Source: Candidatus Omnitrophota bacterium
GTDB lineage: Bacteria; Omnitrophota; Gorgyraeia; Zapsychrales; Fredricksoniimonadaceae
NCBI GenBank assembly: GCA_015233675.1
Contig: JADFXH010000002.1
Location: 142,794 to 206,793 of the forward strand
Length of the DNA: 64,000 nucleotides
Reading direction: 5' to 3'
The notes beneath the pieces are model-generated. The model had not been told where the DNA came from. It was given only the letters and a program-made list of their open reading frames with translations, and searched no databases. Shown in pieces: positions 27,101 to 34,935 of this stretch (positions within the stretch are counted from its first letter, which is position 1; every line of letters starts with the position of its first letter). Position numbers and translations under genes: made by a program.

Positions 27101-27209
27101 TTTTACGGGTGTTGAGGGGATTATCCTTAGGATCGTCCCCATTGAAAGCCCCTTGCCGCTTTTGGGGCTGGCAATATCACCTGCGGAGAATAAATTGGCA
27201 AAGGTATAA
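21147..27209 (+). CDS. Giant (2020 aa) signal-peptide protein with a conserved N-terminal domain, a URO-D-like domain, an AroE-like domain and a GGIDLN C-terminal tail
   Basis: AAGGAG RBS. Signal MFKKTLSLIVIICFFLTSLTPLSKAQA. nt ~24550-25470 reads like uroporphyrinogen decarboxylase/MtaA-type (ADAIVFLDPRPTVMLSPEQFGEYS...GAHPC...FGNMDSIQTLPQGTPQEVQKEA). nt ~25890-26810 reads like shikimate dehydrogenase (LTQPVKVAAVD, TGAVNTAAI, VGRSTDGEG, VLGLGGFGRAAV, LIDATGVGM). Confidence 0.8.
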   Translation: MFKKTLSLIVIICFFLTSLTPLSKAQADSVLGLPTPWTMVNLSPAYMPVMIKGVKVHTDNPLLFDFILDTGKSGLKIDSAEFKTESQKLIKYFLAALTIKEDDLWVNLSPYEKDRMIPQELGQTEMGRDMLAQDYILKQLTASLIYPEKELGKKFWDNVYTKARQMYGATNIPVNTFNKVWIVADKAKVLERNNTAYVVGSHLKVMLEEDYLALEKYQGQLTQLPSEAALNVKASQGTNRSPSNTLASQIVKEIILPELEKEVNQGQNFATLRQMFYSMILASWYKLELKESLLNQVYSNKGKTSGVLSDDPAVKEKIYQQYLQAYKKGVFNYIKEDLDTVSQQPMPRKYFSGGLAKNLGIKDAMEVERGRPTAGDDFSVGGDMAMATVQVAKSKVEKTAERFLSPTLSFLEARNIISKSLEKIVSAGKMPAQLENELLQFIALKPESPELKQFVLEVFVDAFHQYYGFEHKGKNFPEAQFVYGFVHSLNSAIIGIETLGMAQSAWVRLKNSKNRRTNYYVPWTSVSSELVRTTIKSCKRFQVLKEQFRQFAGELPKGTQTFSFRNFRIPRMIEGHTDPLFLREAGEEWIKHWFMLNKQMGDKEAEEMTMILLNGGSIEIVEEEGSRNTAAGFKLNFKIKIADAAMMVNATDDTQNITIRGEGDRTLGTFKVADYKTALATVESNLGSTKIVSISKTVKMEFYPIMLVLADDISEPIKEIIKVLFGGKGMSLTTVDKYFGIYHTNILNSPSNLTKLALDIRRQLEEYKADIPSAAMKASEAAAGQSSEEVLVSKNFFIESWKGVETNRYRRAYDLIWRDTDSPRTSPFAGRVYIDRSGENASKISLDLNGENYAAEVSRNMQLISGEDALYFLRDAAVAKRSQVLLNPNGRRLAEFMRDKMVYGKAPIVSFSAPLSIGSASWGIFNAGVGIGFDWIDMGRGAKEQVFNMKGQGIGGYENLWTPSESVQAISYDPVAQTVKVTLKGSYRDKFVIGSFKERVPRAVEYDAKNPKEGRLESFLAEISEITSGHIKIEIAGNDTVSKIDAAMKSENGAAINFQTPEAKQQYEARQKVLTQMAKNREFMPILGFAGIKLYNDATGYNVTVEEAATNSDIQSDIQAWAQKEYGARTIPMMMDLTYEFEAAILSNLSLEQKDILRKSGKLQVINGKETIIPFHELTRPQLDLKLAEAGIDWHNLKPFDPKAGRLSVPAQTIANFKQKMELGAPKVALVISPFTLTGFLMGDENASLGAMGDEEYQEQFNTVFEYSKKFIKDYIHFLIREGTADAIVFLDPRPTVMLSPEQFGEYSVKAINELSAYAHSLGVLTGAHPCRPMNKEVAQRYLPQMAKYNVDILSVDNIFSLPDVYDYIQQNSPYQTKPVIFGNMDSIQTLPQGTPQEVQKEAREIFQNMGHRPFVFCSSCDIERITGENMKFLGIAAHEGANTKPPRIMTEEETEASVDHLDRLIDDHINRLINPHIPSSSPQVSVAIWVDRRITDADGFSLAETFGRSPTYLINPERLNRDKFMDDIARAIQLNDPETNKDWQDLRDQVWLDGKLELAVRDVPWIQETNIHVTDIYNSNSRFVVGLGNVRGSLSYQGFYVNGYSNPELKSAQAILNKHGVNMFPIPVQMGEDNVQDIPRMLKAILKDEQIVRIALTQPVKVAAVDTGLFKDWDPDTLPTGAVNTAAIEGKGSKRHFVGRSTDGEGTVAMIQDELVKLDKQLGGSTVAVLGLGGFGRAAVGKMLTAPNPPAKILIADIWEVNDTQKSVEAIIAAYRQKYGKDPQTTFEVFKISDVDSQASAADHPFKNADVLIDATGVGMKDEKMALQNLQFIHPGMLVTHAAYRDGVGNYRVAPILEETKKRGAVIRTGIADWVGHQWLQVLEDLKRLEGLTPQSPDWNAPRWEAVGRELREAAESWAKEKGFSDAAIDQAMKHQSSMEILEQRALGGIDLNAKNMGLDVSRDGKGIEMKFDPAMVAEFRKGNFTGVEGIILRIVPIESPLPLLGLAISPAENKLAKV

Positions 27210-27247
27210 GAGACTATATAGATTTAAGGTCCGTTATAAAAATAGGA

Positions 27248-27289
27248 CCTCCGCTTGCACCGAACCTTGGCCAGGCGGAGGTTTTGTAT
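27248..27289 (+). terminator. Rho-independent terminator after the giant ORF
   Basis: A 10-bp stem (cctccgcttg / caggcggagg, one G-U pair) with a 14-nt loop, followed by ttttgtatt. Confidence 0.55.
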
Positions 27290-27305
27290 TGACAAATACC
27301 TAAAT

Positions 27306-27334
27306 TTGATTTTTTCAATAAAACCGTATACAAT
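27306..27334 (+). promoter_or_regulatory. Candidate sigma70-type promoter (TTGATT-17 nt-TACAAT)
   Basis: ttgatt ttttcaataaaaccgta tacaat, about 90 nt upstream of the 27425 start. Confidence 0.35.
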
Positions 27335-27424
27335 TTAATAAGAAGCGGCAAAAAAGACAAATTTGTGGAAGCTCGGTGACTCATGGACGCAAAGGATTGA
27401 ACATAATTAGAGTAAGGGGGATTT

Positions 27425-29935
27425 ATGACAGTCGATTTGCATAGGGCAAATAGAAAAAATGTATTTCACTATTGTTTTCGTTCTTTGTTTTTTCTTTTAA
27501 TTCTTTCAAATTCTCCTGTCTTTGCCCAGAGCACAAACAATAACCCATGGGTTAAAATTGCAAATGGCCATTTATGGGTGTTATCTTCCGATAATGTGAC
27601 GTATACGCCTTATTTCATTAAAGCAGTAGGTTATCAGCCTACACCAATAGGCCGCTATCCCAGTGATTGGGGATACGCCACAACAGATCTTCATAAATAC
27701 ACAGGTATGAATAACAACATTTATGATGATCCTGTCATTTTAAACCGTGACTTTAAGTTATTGCAAACAATGAATGCCAATACCATCCGTATTTGGAGCG
27801 GGGCTAAATCAATTGTAAGCTGTCAGTGTACCAATAATGGACGTGACACAGGCTATATAACCAACGCCGCCACTACCGCTAATACAGACAAAACCCAAAA
27901 TACCCTGGATCTCGCCGCTAAATATGGATTGAAAGTCATTGCCGGTTTTTGGGTCAACCCTTTGACTTTTGATGCTAGTAACAATATAGGGAGCATAGAC
28001 GATAATGGCAATCCTCTAACCGGGCAGGATATTATTAAAAATTTCGTCAATTATGTTAATACTTACAAAGGGAACAGCGCCATATTGTTCTGGGCAATTG
28101 GCAATGAAAATAACTATCAGCTGATTGGTCAGGGGCCTGTTTTATTAACGACATTTGAAAGTATTAGTTCGCATGGTGCTGCCATTTATGCTTGGTTACA
28201 GCAAAATAATTATTTGGACTTTGATGGGAATGTACTTGCTGATGTAAATTCAACGGCTTTTCAAGGTGCTTTAAATGCAGAATTAATTTCTATTAATGAC
28301 TCAACAGACTACAGCACTATTTTGAATATTTTAATTACAGCCCATGGTACAAATTTGACCCCGCAGCAACTATCTGCGTGGTATGCCCTGGTTAATGCTA
28401 TGGCAAAAGCCGCGCATCTCGCGGAAGATCCTGCATACAATACAGGGGGAAAGAATTATCATCCGGTAGCCATAATCAACGGTGAGATTGCAGAAATAGG
28501 TAATTCTACCGATGGAGCTGCGGATTTTCAATTGCCGGATTTGGATATCTGGGGAGTCAATGCGTACCGGGGACAAAGTTTTGGTACTTTTTTCAGTGAT
28601 TATGCAATCAAATCCCAAAAACCACTGTGGATTTCTGAGTTTGGAGTGGATGCTTTTGTCACATCGAATATACCTGCAAACATTGCTGGCATTAATGATT
28701 GGACGGTGACTAATCCTGCTATAATTGCCGGGCAGGGCCAAGAAGACCAAACTGTCCAGTCCAGTTGGGATACGGCTTTATGGAATGAAATTTTTGCTAA
28801 TTCCAATGTGACCATTGGCGGATCATTGATGGAATATTCTGATGAATGGTGGAAGCCTTATGAATTTTATTGCGGGAACAATTCCTCCTCGTGCGATAGT
28901 ACACAAAATCATTTTGGTTCTCCCTATTCCGTTTTTCCTGATCATTATATGAACCAGGAATGGTTTGGGATCATGGCGATTAGTTCAAATCAGACCTCCA
29001 GTAGTCCTCTTCAATGGGGGCCTGATACCATGACCCCTCGTTTGGTTTATACAAATCTTCAGGCGCTATGGGCCCTGCCATCGACACCGACAGGTCTAAC
29101 GGCAACGCCTCTTAATGCCCAGGTGGAATTGGTGTGGAATGCCAGTCCAGGAGCTGCATCATACAATGTCAAAAGAGCCAGTGTCAGCGGTGGGCCGTAT
29201 ACAACTATTATTAATTGGATATATCCGACCTTTGCTGATCTTCCGTTGAATAATGGCACCACGTATTATTATGTTATTTCAGCGGTCAATGCCAATGGTG
29301 AAAGCAGTAATTCCGCGCAAGTCAGCGCAACGCCTGTGCTTCCATTGTCACCCTCAATACCTACAGGTCTTAACGCAACAGCGGGTAGCGGCAAGGTGGT
29401 GTTATCGTGGAGTGCCAGTACCGGAGGAGCTACAGGGTATTATGTAAAAAGGGCAACAACTAATGGCGGGCCGTATACACCGATCGTTGGTTTAGGCCTT
29501 ACAACCCTTACTGATAATAAGGTGACCAATGGCATAACTTATTATTATGTTGTATCAGCGGTCAATAGTAGCGGGAATGGAAGCGTTGAGAGCAACAATT
29601 CCGCACAGGTCAGTGCAACACCCATAGCGCCCCATTCCGCGCCGGTGCAAGCAACGCCTATAGATCTGCCGGCCACCCCGGTTGGACTCAAAGCAATAGG
29701 GGGTATTGCCCGGGTGACATTGTTCTGGAAACCGGTCTTTAGGGCGGCATCATATAAGGTTATGAGATTAGAAAAAGGAAGCCTATTCTATACTTTCTGT
29801 CAAATTGTACCGGGTCCTTATTTATTGGACACTTCTGTTGTGAATGGTACTACGTATTTTTATAAAGTTGAAGCGGTAAACGCTTCTGGACAGAGCGCAT
29901 ATTCTGAACCGGTGTCGGCAAAGCCTACGCCTTAA
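27425..29935 (+). CDS. Secreted clan GH-A-type glycoside hydrolase with three C-terminal fibronectin type III domains
   Basis: Signal peptide. FWAIGNENNY (acid/base-like NE) and PLWISEFGVDAF (nucleophile-like E). Paralogous to 1-2621. Three FN3-like modules (P.GL.A......V.L.W....GA..Y.VKRA...GGPYT......NG.TYYYV.SAVN..GES). Confidence 0.8.
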   Translation: MTVDLHRANRKNVFHYCFRSLFFLLILSNSPVFAQSTNNNPWVKIANGHLWVLSSDNVTYTPYFIKAVGYQPTPIGRYPSDWGYATTDLHKYTGMNNNIYDDPVILNRDFKLLQTMNANTIRIWSGAKSIVSCQCTNNGRDTGYITNAATTANTDKTQNTLDLAAKYGLKVIAGFWVNPLTFDASNNIGSIDDNGNPLTGQDIIKNFVNYVNTYKGNSAILFWAIGNENNYQLIGQGPVLLTTFESISSHGAAIYAWLQQNNYLDFDGNVLADVNSTAFQGALNAELISINDSTDYSTILNILITAHGTNLTPQQLSAWYALVNAMAKAAHLAEDPAYNTGGKNYHPVAIINGEIAEIGNSTDGAADFQLPDLDIWGVNAYRGQSFGTFFSDYAIKSQKPLWISEFGVDAFVTSNIPANIAGINDWTVTNPAIIAGQGQEDQTVQSSWDTALWNEIFANSNVTIGGSLMEYSDEWWKPYEFYCGNNSSSCDSTQNHFGSPYSVFPDHYMNQEWFGIMAISSNQTSSSPLQWGPDTMTPRLVYTNLQALWALPSTPTGLTATPLNAQVELVWNASPGAASYNVKRASVSGGPYTTIINWIYPTFADLPLNNGTTYYYVISAVNANGESSNSAQVSATPVLPLSPSIPTGLNATAGSGKVVLSWSASTGGATGYYVKRATTNGGPYTPIVGLGLTTLTDNKVTNGITYYYVVSAVNSSGNGSVESNNSAQVSATPIAPHSAPVQATPIDLPATPVGLKAIGGIARVTLFWKPVFRAASYKVMRLEKGSLFYTFCQIVPGPYLLDTSVVNGTTYFYKVEAVNASGQSAYSEPVSAKPTP

Positions 29936-30216
29936 GCATTAACGTTCCCTTTAATTAATACCATTACGTTTAGGAAGATTTTTTGGTATTTCACTACAGT
30001 TTTGGGTTAATTTCCAGTGCAATATGGTTTGGCTGTTGAAGAAAAGCGCTTTGGGACAAAGCTAGATCGTCAGGCATGCGTCTTTGTGATATTCTAAAAA
30101 ATAAGCCTAATTTAATGCCGGAGATTAATAATATAATAGCCATGAGATTATTTTCCTTAGGTTGTAACCCTTTTATTCTTAGATGGTTGAGTTATGTTCA
30201 GAAGGCAAGCGCTTCC

Positions 30217-30245
30217 TTGACAGCCGTATAGCTGCATGGTATACT
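30217..30245 (+). promoter_or_regulatory. Near-consensus sigma70 promoter (TTGACA-17 nt-TATACT) for the cvpA-dnaG-rpoD block
   Basis: ttgaca gccgtatagctgcatgg tatact ends 25 nt before the ATG at 30271. Confidence 0.55.
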
Positions 30246-30270
30246 TCCCGTTACATCGTAAAATTAAATT

Positions 30271-30840
30271 ATGATAACACATTTAATCAAAAGCATTAAT
30301 TGGATTGATGTCGTCCTGGCCTTTTTGTTTGTTCGGATGATTTTTGTTGGTGTTAAAAACGGGTTTATTTCCGAGTTCTTCAAGTTATTAGGGGCCATAG
30401 CTTCACTTTTTTTAAGTCTTCATTATTATAGTTTCCTGGCCGCATGGGCAGCAGGGAAAACAAATATTTCTTGGCCTTATTGGGGCTTGTTGACCTTCGC
30501 CCTCCTTTGGGCTGCCGTGTCATTGTTTTTTAAGTTTTTTAAAGACGGGATGCTGGTTCTTTTTAAAGTAGAGACCACTCATCAGGGATTTGATAAATAT
30601 GCGGCTGGTATTGTGGCGGTTGGCCGGGGGATTTTAGTTTGCAGTATGGCCATTTTTTTGGTCTTATTGACGGATAACAGCCGTTTGATGCGCATGACCG
30701 TGCACTCTTATAGTTTTAAAATAGCCGGACATGCATCGGTGAATACTTATAGTTTTTTGTATAATCATCTGGTGGGTAAGCTGTTCGCGGGAGAGCATTA
30801 TAATACCGCCGCGGCTCAGGTTTTGCGTCTTGTGCGGTAG
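30271..30840 (+). CDS. cvpA: CvpA-family integral membrane protein
   Basis: The N-terminus INWIDVVLAFLFVRMIFVGVKNGFISEFFKLLG is typical of CvpA. Four or five TM segments. Confidence 0.6.
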   Translation: MITHLIKSINWIDVVLAFLFVRMIFVGVKNGFISEFFKLLGAIASLFLSLHYYSFLAAWAAGKTNISWPYWGLLTFALLWAAVSLFFKFFKDGMLVLFKVETTHQGFDKYAAGIVAVGRGILVCSMAIFLVLLTDNSRLMRMTVHSYSFKIAGHASVNTYSFLYNHLVGKLFAGEHYNTAAAQVLRLVR

Positions 30841-30861
30841 AAAAATTTTTTATAAAGAAGT

Positions 30862-32643
30862 TTGATTATGGGATTAATCCCTAATGATGTCATCAATCGG
30901 GTCATTGAACAGAGCGATATTGTTGAGATAATCGGCAATTACACGGCCTTAAAAAAAGCCGGCCGTAATTTTAAAGCTCTTTGTCCGTTTCATAATGAAA
31001 AAACACCGTCCTTTGTGGTTAATCCGGACAAACAGATCTTTCATTGTTTCGGATGCGGGGTTGGCGGCAACGCGGTTGGCTTTCTCATGCGTCAGGAGCA
31101 TATGGAATTCCCTGAAGCAGTGAAGTTTTTAGCCAATAAAGCCGGAGTGGTTGTCCCTGAGGACGAAACAGTCTCCCTCAGTCCTTCGCGCCAATTGCGT
31201 GAGGAGATTTTTAAGATCAATGGCCTGGCGGCAGCCTTTTTCCATGAGACACTTTTGACGAGCCATGAGGCTGATGTTAAATCTGCCCGCGATTATCTAA
31301 AAGGCCGGGGGGTGCTTTTAGAAACGGTTAAAAATTTCCAATTGGGTTTCGCACTCAATGAATGGGATGCTCTTTTAAAATTTTTGAAATCTAAAGGAAT
31401 CAGCGAAGAGTTGATTTCTAAGGCAGGATTGATCGTTGCCCGCGAGGGTAAAAGCGGATTTTATGACCGTTTTCGCAACCGTACTGTGTTTCCGATCGGG
31501 GATATTCAAAACCGTTTCGTGGCCTTTGGTGCCCGCGCCATCCAGGATTCCGACGGCGCAAAATACATCAATTCTCCCGAGACCGCGGTTTATACAAAAG
31601 GCCAGCATATGTTTGGTTTAGGCCTGACCAGGGCGGCGGTTGGAAAAATGGACCAGATCATCGTGGTGGAAGGTTACATGGATATGATCATGCCTTTTAT
31701 CCACGGGGTGGGAAATATAGCGGCGTCTTTAGGGACGGCGTTGACCGTCGAGCAAATCAGACTGATCCGCCGTTATACGTCTAATGTGGTCATGCTCTTT
31801 GATACAGATGTCGCAGGACAATCAGCGATTGTTCGCAGTCTTGATTTGCTGATTGATGAAGGCATGAACGTGCGGGTGGCAACTTTAGCTAAGGATGAGG
31901 ATCCGGATTCATTTATCCGTCGACAAGGTGCTGAAGCTTTCAGGGTACGTGTTGAAAATGCTTCGTCGCTTCTAGATTTTAAATTCAATTGGCTTGCTGC
32001 CCAATACGACCCTGTGACGGTCGAGGGAAAATCTAAGATCAGCCAGGAGTTGCTTGCGACGATCGCGCGGTTTAAAAGTGAAGTGGCTAAATATGAATTG
32101 ACAAAGAGTTTAGCCCTGAAGTTGAACATCCCTGAAGGGGTATTGCTCAAACAAGCCGGTCAGGCAAAAGATCCACAGGCCGCATTCAAGATGCCCGTTG
32201 TAAAAATAAAAGCATCTGCCTGGGCTTCTGCCGGCGAGGAATTATTACTGGCCCTATTCTTAAAAGATCCGGCATGGGTCAAAGCAGCACGGGAGAAAAT
32301 TTCTCCGGAAGATTTTCCTGATGGAGAAGTCCGTCAGGTGGTGGATGTGATGTGGTCATTGGCTGATGGGGCAAGTGAGTGGTCGGTAAATGATATTTTG
32401 GTGCTTTTAAAGGACGAGTCAGCTCAGAGTCTCGTCACCAGGCTGATTAGTGTTGAGGAGGGGAAATTGGGTGACGCGGCCCAGGTTTTCCTGGATTGCA
32501 TCGGAAAAATTCAGAAAGAAAAACAAAAGAAGGCCAGAGGCCGGTTAATGCAAGCAATACGTGAGGCCGAAGCTTTGCAGGATACTGAGAAATTAGACCA
32601 GCTTAAAGAACAATTTAATCAGTTGCTCAAAACCAGCTGTTAA
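30862..32643 (+). CDS. dnaG: DNA primase
   Basis: Zinc ribbon CPFHNEKTPSFVVNPDKQIFHCFGCGVGGN, a TOPRIM region (VVEGYMD...LFDTDVAGQ) and a C-terminal helicase-interaction region. The start may be the ATG at 30868 rather than the TTG at 30862. Confidence 0.95.
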   Translation: MIMGLIPNDVINRVIEQSDIVEIIGNYTALKKAGRNFKALCPFHNEKTPSFVVNPDKQIFHCFGCGVGGNAVGFLMRQEHMEFPEAVKFLANKAGVVVPEDETVSLSPSRQLREEIFKINGLAAAFFHETLLTSHEADVKSARDYLKGRGVLLETVKNFQLGFALNEWDALLKFLKSKGISEELISKAGLIVAREGKSGFYDRFRNRTVFPIGDIQNRFVAFGARAIQDSDGAKYINSPETAVYTKGQHMFGLGLTRAAVGKMDQIIVVEGYMDMIMPFIHGVGNIAASLGTALTVEQIRLIRRYTSNVVMLFDTDVAGQSAIVRSLDLLIDEGMNVRVATLAKDEDPDSFIRRQGAEAFRVRVENASSLLDFKFNWLAAQYDPVTVEGKSKISQELLATIARFKSEVAKYELTKSLALKLNIPEGVLLKQAGQAKDPQAAFKMPVVKIKASAWASAGEELLLALFLKDPAWVKAAREKISPEDFPDGEVRQVVDVMWSLADGASEWSVNDILVLLKDESAQSLVTRLISVEEGKLGDAAQVFLDCIGKIQKEKQKKARGRLMQAIREAEALQDTEKLDQLKEQFNQLLKTSC

Positions 32644-32655
32644 GATGAGGTTATT

Positions 32656-34248
32656 ATGAAAGAACCGGTCAAAGAAAAAGATTTACAGGGCGATTTGGAC
32701 AAATTGGTGACATTGGGTAAAAAGAAAGGTTTTTTGACCTATGAAGATGTCAACGAAACTTTGTCCGATGCCATCGATTCTTCAGAGGACATCGATCAGG
32801 TTTTTGATGTTCTCGACGGACAGGATATCAAGGTCGTTGATTCCGGTGAAGAAACGCCTGTCATAGAAGAGGCCGCGGAAGAAAGCCGTGAGCAGCAAGT
32901 GCGCCGTCTGCGTGAAGAGAACAAGGAAGATGATGTATATTCCGATAAGTTCATCCCTTTGGATGACCCGGTGAAGATGTACTTAAAGCAGATGGGCTCT
33001 ATCCCGCTTTTGACTCGCGAGGAAGAGATCTCTTTGGCAAAACGCATCGAAGAGGCGGAGTTACGTTTCGCGGAGGCTTTGTTTAAAACTTATTATGCGC
33101 GTAAAGAAGCATTGGATATCGTCAATCAAGTCTTGCGTGATGAGATCAACGCGGAAGACGTCATTAAAGATGAATTGGAACGCCGCGGCCGCTTAATGAA
33201 AGATTTGGCCAAGATCCTCGAGCATGTGCGTCACACGAGGGTGGGTTCTGATATTTCGGCTAAATCCATCGCGGAATTCAAATTGACCTCAACCATCAAT
33301 GAGGAGATCGTTATCAAGATCTCTGATCTGATCGGCAACATTGAGCGCGTGGAAAGACACTTGAAGGTCAAGAAATTACCGGCAAATGCCCCTGAGTTTA
33401 AGAGACAATTTATAGCCTTGCAGAAAGAATTAGGCGAGCCGGTGGAAAGAGTCAAAGAGCAGCTGCGTGAGATCAAAACCCGTCAATCGCGTTTCAACAA
33501 GGCTAAAAAATTATTAGTTGAGGCCAACTTGCGCTTGGTCGTTTCCATTGCTAAAAAGTATATCAACCGCGGTTTGTCTTTTTTGGACCTGATCCAGGAA
33601 GGCAATATGGGTTTGATCCGCGCCGTCGAGAAGTTTGAGTATCAGCGCGGTTATAAATTTTCAACTTATGCTACTTGGTGGATCAGGCAGGCCATCACGC
33701 GTTCCATCGCGGATCAGGCGCGTACCATCCGTATCCCGGTGCATATGACTGAGACTATCAACAAGATCATCCGAGTTTCGCGCGTGTTTGTGCAAGAATA
33801 CGGCCGTGAACCCTCAGCCCAGGAAATCGCCAAAGAAATGCGCCTACCGGTGACCAAGGTCAAAGAAATCCTGAAGATCTCTCAAGTTCCTATTTCATTA
33901 CAGACACCTATCGGTGATGAGGGAGACACCCATTTTGGGGATTTTATTGAGGATAAAAAAGCTGTTTCTCCGGCAAATGCGACCCTGCATTCAATGCTCA
34001 AGGAAGAGATTACCTCGGTGCTTTCGACTTTAGATGACCGCGAACGTAAGATTTTGGAATTACGTTTCGGGATCATGGACGGGACCAGCCGTACCCTGGA
34101 AGAGGTTGGAGCGGAGTTTAACGTCACCCGTGAGCGTGTGCGCCAAATTGAATCCAAGGCTTTACGCAAACTGCGCCATCCAACACGTTCCCGTCGCATC
34201 AAGTCTTTTTTGGACATGGCGTCCAAAGAAGCGGAAGCGGTTATTTAA
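32656..34248 (+). CDS. rpoD: RNA polymerase primary sigma factor
   Basis: Acidic region 1, [27 protein letters not shown] (region 2.4/3) and the region 4 HTH ([28 protein letters not shown]). Confidence 0.95.
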   Translation: MKEPVKEKDLQGDLDKLVTLGKKKGFLTYEDVNETLSDAIDSSEDIDQVFDVLDGQDIKVVDSGEETPVIEEAAEESREQQVRRLREENKEDDVYSDKFIPLDDPVKMYLKQMGSIPLLTREEEISLAKRIEEAELRFAEALFKTYYARKEALDIVNQVLRDEINAEDVIKDELERRGRLMKDLAKILEHVRHTRVGSDISAKSIAEFKLTSTINEEIVIKISDLIGNIERVERHLKVKKLPANAPEFKRQFIALQKELGEPVERVKEQLREIKTRQSRFNKAKKLLVEANLRLVVSIAKKYINRGLSFLDLIQEGNMGLIRAVEKFEYQRGYKFSTYATWWIRQAITRSIADQARTIRIPVHMTETINKIIRVSRVFVQEYGREPSAQEIAKEMRLPVTKVKEILKISQVPISLQTPIGDEGDTHFGDFIEDKKAVSPANATLHSMLKEEITSVLSTLDDRERKILELRFGIMDGTSRTLEEVGAEFNVTRERVRQIESKALRKLRHPTRSRRIKSFLDMASKEAEAVI

Positions 34249-34258
34249 GAATCTTCGT

Positions 34259-34933
34259 ATGTCAAAAATCGATTCGTGCATTGCACTTGTAATTACTGAT
34301 CAGGAAACCAACGCCCAAATTAAGAATTTGGGCGTTGGTTTACTTGAATTGCGTGCGGATCTCTTCAAAAAACTGGATCCTGCCTATACCGTTGATCAGA
34401 TTAATCGCCGAAAGTCCTTAAAAATTCCTTTGTTGTTGACCCTGCGCAATCAGAAAGATGAGGGAGCCCAAAAAATATTTTCTGATGAAAAGAAGTGGCG
34501 GATCATTACAGATGCTTTGCCTTTGGTAGATATGGTCGATATTGAATTAAGTTCGCCTTTATTAAAAAAAGTCGTAGCCAAAGCCTGTCAATTAGGGGTG
34601 AAGGTCATTGTTTCCAGCCATTACCTGCAGGGCATGCCGCGGGATTTGGAATCTATTCTTAAAAAATCATTAAGCGCCGGCGCAGACATTGTAAAGATTG
34701 CAGCTAAGGCTTGCTCTTTCGACGATGTGATGACGATGTTGGCATTTACCCAGCGCCATCGTAAGCATAATCTTATCACCATTTCTTTGGGACCTTTGGG
34801 TGCTATATCCCGTTTAATTCTTCCGGCTGCTGGAAGTCAGTACACCTATACCTTCCTCAATAAAGCTACGGCTTCGGGACAAGTGGGCATTTTGGCCCTT
34901 AAGTCCCACATGAAGGTTTATTATCCTGCCTAA
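34259..34933 (+). CDS. aroD: 3-dehydroquinate dehydratase, type I
   Basis: [38 protein letters not shown] (Schiff-base Lys context) and [12 protein letters not shown] use the ATG at 34259 because the 34034 ORF start overlaps the end of rpoD. Confidence 0.8.
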   Translation: MSKIDSCIALVITDQETNAQIKNLGVGLLELRADLFKKLDPAYTVDQINRRKSLKIPLLLTLRNQKDEGAQKIFSDEKKWRIITDALPLVDMVDIELSSPLLKKVVAKACQLGVKVIVSSHYLQGMPRDLESILKKSLSAGADIVKIAAKACSFDDVMTMLAFTQRHRKHNLITISLGPLGAISRLILPAAGSQYTYTFLNKATASGQVGILALKSHMKVYYPA

Positions 34934-34935
34934 AA

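Noticed and set aside
34034-34258. The N-terminal extension of the aroD ORF, and similar extensions at 41370-41444 (pfkA) and 56951-57010 (rho-like)
   Set aside because: Each extension lies inside the well-supported upstream gene in a different frame and has no homology content. Internal starts with better context are used instead.
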